Positions 35,861 through 42,627 of a stretch of 64,000 nucleotides of DNA are shown here, piece after piece; the stretch's first letter is position 1, and every line of letters begins with the position of its first letter. Below the pieces are notes generated by a model. It searched no databases, was not told the DNA's origin, and saw only the letters and a list, made by a program, of their open reading frames with translations. Where the stretch lies: assembly GCA_003222535.1 (NCBI GenBank), contig QHWJ01000224.1, positions 5,902 through 69,901 on the forward strand, read 5' to 3'. The translations under genes were made by a program, and so were the position numbers. Source of the stretch: Acidobacteriota bacterium (GTDB lineage Bacteria > Acidobacteriota > Vicinamibacteria > Vicinamibacterales > CAVVIG01).

Positions 35861-38002
35861 TTAGAATGCGATGCGGACGCCGGCGTTGAGGACGCGACCA
35901 TCGAGCGGTGCCCACGAATCGACGGTCCAGCGGCCGTCGACGGCTCGGACGGTCCTGAGCAACGGGCTCCAATCCGTCTGGCGTACATTCGCGAGGTTTT
36001 CCGCATTCACAAACACCCGCAGCTTCCCGATCCGTCGTTCAACGAGGCCCCCAAACAACACGTAGGCGGCGCTCTCGCTCCTGTACGGATTGTCTTCGAG
36101 ACGCTGGCGTCCCGTCAGATAGCACTCGACGCCAATCCGACCGCGATTCTCGCGTTCCCACATGGCGATCAGCCCGGCGCTGTGCCGCGGCGTGAGCGGG
36201 ACGTCCCCGCGCTCGATCCCGACACCTTCAAGCGAATGCGCATAGGTGTACGTCGCGGTCACATTGAACGGTACGCGGCGAAGCGTCGCGATGGCTTCCG
36301 CGCCCGTGATGATCGTGTTGTCCTTTAGACTCGACAGTGTGTAGGCGGATCGCTCCACGACGACCGGATGGGTGATGTCGTAGCGAAAGAGCGTGCCGGT
36401 CAGCGTCAGCGGCCCGGTTGTCCGCGTGACATCCCACGACGCGCTGCGACCCTGTTCTACCTCGAGTGGGCCCCCTATCTTGAGGCGGGCAAGACCCGCA
36501 GCCTCTGTTTCTTCGGTGAGCGGCGTCGGCGCAGAGAAGCCGCTGCCTATCGAAAGCCGGCTGTTCCACCTGGCGCCGTGAACAAGCAACGAACCGCGAG
36601 GGCTGACGAACGTACCGAATTGGTTGTGAACGTCGACGCGCCCCGATAAAGACACGGCGAGCCATCGGGAGACGGCGATGTCGTCCTGCACGAACGCCCC
36701 GGGGACGCTGTAAGTGTACGCAAACGCCGGCACGTCAAGAGGGTCGAAGGCGTCGCGCTCGAATGCCACCCCGCCAACCCACGTGTGCACACCACGGTGA
36801 CCTCGAACGGCGACTTCACCAAAGAGCGTGTCGTGAACGTCGTTCTCACTGGTCTCGCCGAGTGCGTGGTCGTGATGCTGTCGAGTCGCTGACGCTCTCG
36901 CGGTAATGACGTACTGTCCGCCGACGAGCGTCTGAGCGACGGCGCCGGCGTCGATGCGAGTCGTGTCGAGGGATTCAATGAACGGCGTGTTCGTCGCGGA
37001 GAGTACGCGACCGGCCATCGTTCCCCCCTTCCGCCGCTCCCATGTGACGCCGGCGGTTCCGAACAACGAGCGCCCGGCATGATTGTCCCAGAAGAGCCGC
37101 GGTCGCACGACCGCCCGAGAGTATCCCGCGAGGTCCGCCCAGCCATCGTCGTCAACGTCGTTCTTCTCTTGCCAATGGCCGCCGGCCAGAAGCGTGCCGC
37201 TCCACGTGCTGTTGAACGGCTGCCCCGCGAAGAGCACGGTGTCCGTGCCGTTCAGCGTGGTCCGATTCACGAGCGCCTCACGAATAGGCTCCTTGCCCGG
37301 CCGTCGCGAAATCAAGTCGACCACACCCGCAAGGGCCCCTGCGCCGTACAGAGCGGAAGCGACACCCTTGATGACTTCGACCTGACCGAGATCGGTCGGT
37401 GGAATCTGCAGCAGGCCGAGACCGCCCACGGCCTCCCCGAAGAGGGGCAAGCCATCCGACAAGAACCGCGTGTATCGACCGCGCATCCCCTGAACGCGGA
37501 CGCTCGCCGCGCCGAGGGACGGCGATGTCGCTTGCACGCGGAGCCCACCCATTTCGTTCAGCATCATGACGATGTCGCCCGGGGTCATGAGCTGCTTCTC
37601 TTCGATCTCTTCGCGGTCGAGCACTTCGACTCGCATCGGCTGATCTGCGACGCGCCCGTCCGTACGCGTCGCCGATACCGTCACCGTTTCTTCAACGGTC
37701 GGCGGCTTTTCGAGCTCGACCGACAGCAGCTGCTGCTGACCTGCCCCCACATCGATCGTCGTGGTCACGGGCGCGAATCCCGCTTTGAGCACTGTGAGTT
37801 CCACCGCTCCAGGGCTGACCTCGATCCGTACCTGGCCGCGGGAATCGGTCAGGTACGTCTTCCCGGCGACGACAATCTCCGCGCCGGGCAGGGGCGCCCC
37901 GCCAGAGGTGACCGAGCATACGATGGCCGATTGCACGCCTTGAAGAGCGAACGACAACAGCAGTGCCAGAATAGACACACACACCCTCCCGTGTACGTTC
38001 AT
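35861..38002 (-). CDS. TonB-dependent receptor with a CarboxypepD_reg-like N-terminal domain
   Basis: The ATG at 38002 gives MNVHGRVCVSILALLLSFALQGVQS. It is followed by CSVTSGGAPLPGAEIVVAGKTYLTDSRGQVRIEVSPGAVELTVLKAGF. Plug motifs are TPGDIVMMLNEMGGLRVQ and RYTRFLSDGLPL. The C terminus is LNAGVRIAF. Confidence 0.9.
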   Translation of the reverse strand: MNVHGRVCVSILALLLSFALQGVQSAIVCSVTSGGAPLPGAEIVVAGKTYLTDSRGQVRIEVSPGAVELTVLKAGFAPVTTTIDVGAGQQQLLSVELEKPPTVEETVTVSATRTDGRVADQPMRVEVLDREEIEEKQLMTPGDIVMMLNEMGGLRVQATSPSLGAASVRVQGMRGRYTRFLSDGLPLFGEAVGGLGLLQIPPTDLGQVEVIKGVASALYGAGALAGVVDLISRRPGKEPIREALVNRTTLNGTDTVLFAGQPFNSTWSGTLLAGGHWQEKNDVDDDGWADLAGYSRAVVRPRLFWDNHAGRSLFGTAGVTWERRKGGTMAGRVLSATNTPFIESLDTTRIDAGAVAQTLVGGQYVITARASATRQHHDHALGETSENDVHDTLFGEVAVRGHRGVHTWVGGVAFERDAFDPLDVPAFAYTYSVPGAFVQDDIAVSRWLAVSLSGRVDVHNQFGTFVSPRGSLLVHGARWNSRLSIGSGFSAPTPLTEETEAAGLARLKIGGPLEVEQGRSASWDVTRTTGPLTLTGTLFRYDITHPVVVERSAYTLSSLKDNTIITGAEAIATLRRVPFNVTATYTYAHSLEGVGIERGDVPLTPRHSAGLIAMWERENRGRIGVECYLTGRQRLEDNPYRSESAAYVLFGGLVERRIGKLRVFVNAENLANVRQTDWSPLLRTVRAVDGRWTVDSWAPLDGRVLNAGVRIAF

Positions 38003-38027
38003 CGCGACGGCAGATGGGAATGCGCGA

Positions 38028-38303
38028 TTAGAGGAGGCGCGGAGGGTGGTCGACGTCCGTTCGGAAGATGGAGATCGGCGCAGGCGCGCGCCGCTCATGC
38101 ACCTGAGTCACGGTTTCCACGGGGGCAATGGGCGGGTCGCGAGGGACAACGGCGGAGAGACACGTGGGACAGTCCGCACCCGTCTGCGTCGAATGCGTCG
38201 CGGCCATGTCGCCTCGTTCGCATCCATCGGCGCACCACAGCGGGTCGGCGCAGGCGATCGTCAGAATGAAGAGAGCCAGCATCGACGCGAGATAAACACG
38301 CAC
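38028..38303 (-). CDS. Small Cys-rich membrane/secreted protein upstream of the TonB-dependent receptor
   Basis: The protein is 91 aa. It has a hydrophobic N terminus MRVYLASMLALFILTIACA, then DPLWCADGCERGD...GADCPTCLS (five Cys in about 35 residues). It lies 25 nt upstream of the receptor gene on the same strand. I cannot name a family with confidence. Confidence 0.55.
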   Translation of the reverse strand: MRVYLASMLALFILTIACADPLWCADGCERGDMAATHSTQTGADCPTCLSAVVPRDPPIAPVETVTQVHERRAPAPISIFRTDVDHPPRLL

Positions 38304-38480
38304 GCCGCAAAAGTATCACGCCAGGCGGCGTTTGAATCGCGGGGTTCCTGATAAGTTGGCCTGATATTCACGGTGCGCCCGCTTGAGGCTCGCCGAGCCT
38401 CTTGAGATTTCCCGGCAGCAGCGAAGCTTCGAGTGTTCCGGGAAGCGATGCGCCTGGCGGTCCTCGACGATATCGCGCTG

Positions 38481-38502
38481 ACTATACCACATCTGGTATA
38501 GT
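38481..38502. promoter_or_regulatory. Perfect 9-bp inverted repeat, a probable operator of the HigBA-like operon, overlapping an extended -10-like TGGTATAGT
   Basis: The sequence is actatacca-catc-tggtatagt. It lies 50 nt upstream of the toxin start. The right half reads TGGTATAGT (TGnTATAAT-like). Confidence 0.55.
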
Positions 38503-38552
38503 CACGGAATGCGTGGGCAGTTCACACGCTGAATGCCACCGTCGACGGTGAG

Positions 38553-38834
38553 TTGGAGGCCTTGCCAGCCGATATGCGCGCCCGGTTCGTGCGGGTGGCT
38601 GAACTGATCGAAGCGGTGGGTTTGCCCAGTGTTCGTGAGCCGCACGTGAAACATCTTCGCGGACCGATCTGGGAAATCCGCCTCAACGGCAGAGCCGGAA
38701 TTGCCCGCGCGTTGTATATAACGGCTAAGGCGCAACGTGTCATCGTGTTACGCGTGTTCGTCAAGAAGACGCAGACGACGCCCAAAAGTGAGATCGAACT
38801 GGCTCTCCAGAGAGCCAAGGGGCTGGAGAAATGA
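38553..38834 (+). CDS. Type II toxin, RelE/HigB superfamily (phage Gp49-like)
   Basis: HVKHLRGPIWEIRLNGRAGIARALYITAKAQRVIVLRVFVKKTQTTPKSEIELALQRAK matches the Gp49/HigB-like pattern (...Eir...RvlY....vvlL..F.KKtqkTP..ei..A). The first canonical start is a TTG at 38553. The frame is open from 38502 and encodes a homologous-looking WAVHTLNATVDGE stretch. Confidence 0.75.
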   Translation: MEALPADMRARFVRVAELIEAVGLPSVREPHVKHLRGPIWEIRLNGRAGIARALYITAKAQRVIVLRVFVKKTQTTPKSEIELALQRAKGLEK

Positions 38835-39118
38835 CCAAAGTGAGGGATCTGCACAGCCAGTGGAGCAAAGTGCAGGCGTACAAGGCGGAATACGATGCGC
38901 TCGACGAGGAATTTCAGCTTGCGCGGGCGCTCATCGAGGCTCGGACGCGCGCCGGCTTGTCACAGACACAGCTCGCACGACGGATGAAGACATCGCAGTC
39001 CTACGTGGCGCGCATCGAGGGCGGCAAGGTCCGCCCCTCAACTGACGCACTTGAGCGGTTCGCGCACGCAACCGGCACTCGGCTTCGGATAACGTTCGAG
39101 CCGGAGGCTGCCGGCTAG
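38831..39118 (+). CDS. XRE-family HTH antitoxin (HigA-like)
   Basis: It overlaps the toxin gene by ATGA. The HTH is AGLSQTQLARRMKTSQSYVARIEGGKVRPSTDALERFAHATG. Confidence 0.8.
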   Translation: MTKVRDLHSQWSKVQAYKAEYDALDEEFQLARALIEARTRAGLSQTQLARRMKTSQSYVARIEGGKVRPSTDALERFAHATGTRLRITFEPEAAG

Positions 39119-39155
39119 ATCAGGATGTGACGAAGCCATTCTGGCGCCAGGGTAT

Positions 39156-40121
39156 ATGTCCGACCAGCATTCCGGTCACCCGCATCGACACGCTCATGGG
39201 CATTCGCACGTGGCCCCGAACGTGTCGAGCCTGATGATGGGAGCTGCTGTTGCGGTGACGGTCGCGTTTGTCGTCGTCGAAGCGGTCAGTGGATGGTTTG
39301 CGCACAGCCTCGCGCTGCTGTCCGATGCGGGTCATAACCTGGCTGACGCCGCCGCCCTCGGATTCAGTTGGTACGCGCTTTGGATTGCGCGCAAGCCATC
39401 TCACCACGGGATGACGTTTGGCTACCACCGGGTCGGCGTGTTCGCCGCCCTGGCGAACGCGGTGTCCCTCGTGGCGATCGCCGTGTTGATCGGATGGGAA
39501 GCGATCGGCAGGATCCGTGAACCCGAGATCGCCAACGGTTCCGTGATGATGGGAGTTGCCGTTGCCGCGATTGCCGTGAATCTTTTGATCGGACTCTGGC
39601 TGCACAAAGGCTCGAAGGACGACCTGAATATCCGCAGCGCCTACCTCCACATGCTGGGAGACGCCGTTTCGGCGTTCGGCGTCGTGATCGCCGGGCTCCT
39701 TGTAGCGACGATGCGGGCTCCGCTGGCGGATCCGATCGTCTCCTTGCTGATTGCCGGACTGATTCTCTACAGCAGCTACGGTGTGCTGCGCGAGAGCGCC
39801 ACGGTGCTTCTCGAAGGCACGCCGTCGGGTATGGACATGCCAGCCGTCATCGCGGCCATCAAGGGCGTGACGGGCGTGCTCGATGTGCACGATCTCCATG
39901 TGTGGATGGTCGGCCCGGGCGTTGTCGCCTGCAGCTGCCACGTCCTCGTGGCGGAACAGAGCATCCGCGAAGGCCAACAGGTGCTGCGCGCCGTCGTGCG
40001 TGACATCGAGCATCGCTTCCACATCACGCACACCACCGTCCAGGTCGAAGTGGAAGGCTGCGACGCTGACGACATGTACTGCACGGGGCGGCACTCGCAT
40101 CGTGCATCTCACCGATCTTGA
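39156..40121 (+). CDS. czcD: Cation diffusion facilitator (Zn/Co/Cd efflux) transporter
   Basis: The N terminus is His-rich (HSGHPHRHAHGHSH). CDF signatures are HSLALLSDAGHNLADA and YLHMLGDAVSAFGVV, and a C-terminal cytoplasmic domain is present. Confidence 0.9.
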   Translation: MSDQHSGHPHRHAHGHSHVAPNVSSLMMGAAVAVTVAFVVVEAVSGWFAHSLALLSDAGHNLADAAALGFSWYALWIARKPSHHGMTFGYHRVGVFAALANAVSLVAIAVLIGWEAIGRIREPEIANGSVMMGVAVAAIAVNLLIGLWLHKGSKDDLNIRSAYLHMLGDAVSAFGVVIAGLLVATMRAPLADPIVSLLIAGLILYSSYGVLRESATVLLEGTPSGMDMPAVIAAIKGVTGVLDVHDLHVWMVGPGVVACSCHVLVAEQSIREGQQVLRAVVRDIEHRFHITHTTVQVEVEGCDADDMYCTGRHSHRASHRS

Positions 40122-40156
40122 TGATCTCTGGTCAGCCGATTAGTTATCGGATGCAA

Positions 40157-40924
40157 TCACGGGCGGATCCAGCTCAGAGCAACTCCTGCGCCACCGGGAG
40201 CCGCCGCAGCTCTCACGGCGAGCCCGTGACGACGGCTCACCGTCACCGTCCGGCCAGCGATCGTCCCGAGCGCCGCGGCGAAGGCCACATCGCTCAGGTA
40301 GTGACGCCTTTGCTGAATGCGAGATGTCGCGACATACGACGCGACCGCATACGCCGGGATACCGATCCTCCAGCCGAAATGCTGCTGCAGGACCGTCGCC
40401 GATGCAAACGTGACTGTCGTGTGGCCGGACGGAAACGAGAATCCCGAGCCCGACGGCCGCGGCCGCCTCGCCGCCTGTTTCACGCCAAAGGCCAACGATT
40501 CGGCCATCAGTTGCGCCTGGATGAGATCGGCGCCGACACGTGCCGCGCGGCCATTGTGGAGTGCGCGGCCCACGCCGTATGTCGCGAACGCCGCTCCGAG
40601 CTCGAATGGCCCTCCACCCAGGAAGGCGCCGGCTTTGAATGGCTCATGCAGCGCGCCGGCGTTGGCGAGGACGCGCGTCGCATCCGCGTCGGCGGGATGC
40701 GTTGCAAGGGCAGCCGCGCCGCCCACCGTCAGCCACTCGAGGTTATCGACCGACGGCAGCCGTCCGAAATTGCCGAGCGTTCTCGTGAACAGCTGCCCGA
40801 ACGATGGAGCTTCGTCGTTCGAGTCTGCAGGCGAAGGCGACGATTGTAGCTGGGCCCGTGCCGGCGTGGCGGCCAACATGACGAATAGGAGCGTCGACGC
40901 GCCGAGCGATCGTCTGAACCTCAT
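40157..40924 (-). CDS. Secreted PAP2-family (class A acid-phosphatase-like) phosphatase
   Basis: The ATG at 40924 overlaps the upstream stop (ATGA) and gives MRFRRSLGASTLLFVMLAATPARAQ. All three PAP2 motifs are intact: KQAARRPRP (KX6RP), PSGH and SRIQQRRHYLSD (SRX5HX3D). Confidence 0.85.
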   Translation of the reverse strand: MRFRRSLGASTLLFVMLAATPARAQLQSSPSPADSNDEAPSFGQLFTRTLGNFGRLPSVDNLEWLTVGGAAALATHPADADATRVLANAGALHEPFKAGAFLGGGPFELGAAFATYGVGRALHNGRAARVGADLIQAQLMAESLAFGVKQAARRPRPSGSGFSFPSGHTTVTFASATVLQQHFGWRIGIPAYAVASYVATSRIQQRRHYLSDVAFAAALGTIAGRTVTVSRRHGLAVRAAAAPGGAGVALSWIRP

Positions 40925-42612
40925 GACGCCATCCTCTCGAAACCGACCAGGTGCCACTGACCATGCTGGTATCGAAAGAATACATTTACCGGCTTCTCCC
41001 ACGAAGGCATGGTTCCATCGACGCTGCTCAATTCCACCTTGACGAACGCACCGGCGTGGCGAGGCAGCGCGTTGGGCGCCTCGAGCTGGGTCGTCCGCGC
41101 AAATGTTTCGCCAAGGGGTTCGCTGTCCGCCGTGGCGTTGTCGAACCGGAACCACACGGCCCGGTAACGGCCCGGTGCCGTTGCGAAGTCGGCGTGAACT
41201 GCCGCGTTCCGGAACGTGAGGATGCCGTCATCATCCAGCACCGGATCCACGATCGGATTGATGGCAGTCAAGTAGGCTCGGCCGATCGCGTCTCGTCGTT
41301 CGGCGAGCGCCCGCGCCAGAAACTCTTCGGATTTCGGATCGCGGAAGTCGCCGGCGCGGATCGCGGCGCGCAACAGGTCGCTGGTCAGGGTCATCAGCTT
41401 CTGCGCCGCCCAGAACTTGTCGTCGGGACGCGCATGGAGAAACGCTTGATTTGGGACGCGCGGCTTCCAGAGATCCGGATTGAAGTTCGCGTTGCTCTCG
41501 GGCAGTCTGCCCATCGACGGCGCTTCGTAGAACCTCGTCGTGTGCCACTTCGGAAACGAGAACCCAAACAGCATCATCTGCTTCACGATGTCGCGTGGCT
41601 CGACGAGGTACTCGGAACCCTCCCAGTAGTCTGCCGGTGCAACGCCGGCGCTGCCGAGCGACGAGCCGAAATCGAGAAGTTGATGGCGCACGAACGACCG
41701 GCCGTTCTGGGTGATCAACGTGTCGAGCGAATTGATGGCCTTCGCGTCCACATGATTGAGCCATGCGGCAAACACGCCGTATGCACGGAGCTCGCGCCGG
41801 TGCTGGTGCGGCACGACGTCATTGGGGTCGTCAGGCCGCGTGTCGAAGAAGCGGATTCTCCCGATCGGTTTGCCCTGGAGCGCCTTGCTGGCGACGATGC
41901 GATAGGCGCCGTCGGGTTCGCGATCCGCGCGGGCGAGCAGCGTGTCGAGGTCGTCAAGCCGCATCGCGCGGCGTTTTCCGCCCGGCGGCGTGAACTTCGC
42001 GCCGTCGCCGATGACGAGTCGATCGCGGCGCATGTAGGCGATGTGGTTCTCCGGCACGTGATAACCCAGGGCCCACATCAGCTTCGTCACGGTAACCTCG
42101 GTGCCCGTGGCCATCCCGCGATAGCCTGGTGGATCGAACTTCAGAAACCAGAGCTGTCCCTTCGCGTCCTTGATGGTGAACCCCGGGGTCACACCGTCGC
42201 TCTTGGACGAGGTGACGGTCCATTTGCCAGGCTCTGGACCAGGCGTTGTATCGGGTCCGATGAACACCTCCTCGGGGGTCAGGGGTCGAGCGCCGGCGCG
42301 ATTCGTGAACCAGCTCGAATCGGGAACCTCGTCGACCGTGTTCACATTCTGTGCTCGCACGTCGGCGGCGGCGGTTCGCGCGAGAAGGTTCGTCGTCAGA
42401 TCGACGAAGAGATCCACGTCCAACGGCTTCAAGCCTGAAGCGTCTTCAGTGTCGCGCTCGTGCCAGATCGGGTCGTCCTCATAGAAACGTGGCGACGCGG
42501 CCGAAGCGCTCATGGTAAGCGCGGCGGCAACGGCAAGCGCGCCGCCGACGATGACGGCGAATCCTGTTCGTTTGGTGGTGTTCATGCCAATCCTTTCGAT
42601 TGCGGTTCTCAT
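40921..42612 (-). CDS. Secreted protein of unknown function with protein-kinase-like motifs
   Basis: The signal peptide is (MRTAIERIG)MNTTKRTGFAVIVGGALAVAAALTMSASA. Candidate kinase motifs are QLWFLKFD (beta3 Lys), GTEVTVTKLMWALGY (alphaC Glu), LNHVDAKAINSLD (HxDxKxxN) and LLDFGSSLG (DFG). An alternative ATG lies at 42585. Confidence 0.8.
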   Translation of the reverse strand: MRTAIERIGMNTTKRTGFAVIVGGALAVAAALTMSASAASPRFYEDDPIWHERDTEDASGLKPLDVDLFVDLTTNLLARTAAADVRAQNVNTVDEVPDSSWFTNRAGARPLTPEEVFIGPDTTPGPEPGKWTVTSSKSDGVTPGFTIKDAKGQLWFLKFDPPGYRGMATGTEVTVTKLMWALGYHVPENHIAYMRRDRLVIGDGAKFTPPGGKRRAMRLDDLDTLLARADREPDGAYRIVASKALQGKPIGRIRFFDTRPDDPNDVVPHQHRRELRAYGVFAAWLNHVDAKAINSLDTLITQNGRSFVRHQLLDFGSSLGSAGVAPADYWEGSEYLVEPRDIVKQMMLFGFSFPKWHTTRFYEAPSMGRLPESNANFNPDLWKPRVPNQAFLHARPDDKFWAAQKLMTLTSDLLRAAIRAGDFRDPKSEEFLARALAERRDAIGRAYLTAINPIVDPVLDDDGILTFRNAAVHADFATAPGRYRAVWFRFDNATADSEPLGETFARTTQLEAPNALPRHAGAFVKVELSSVDGTMPSWEKPVNVFFRYQHGQWHLVGFERMAS

Positions 42613-42627
42613 GGGGGTCGGTCGTTT

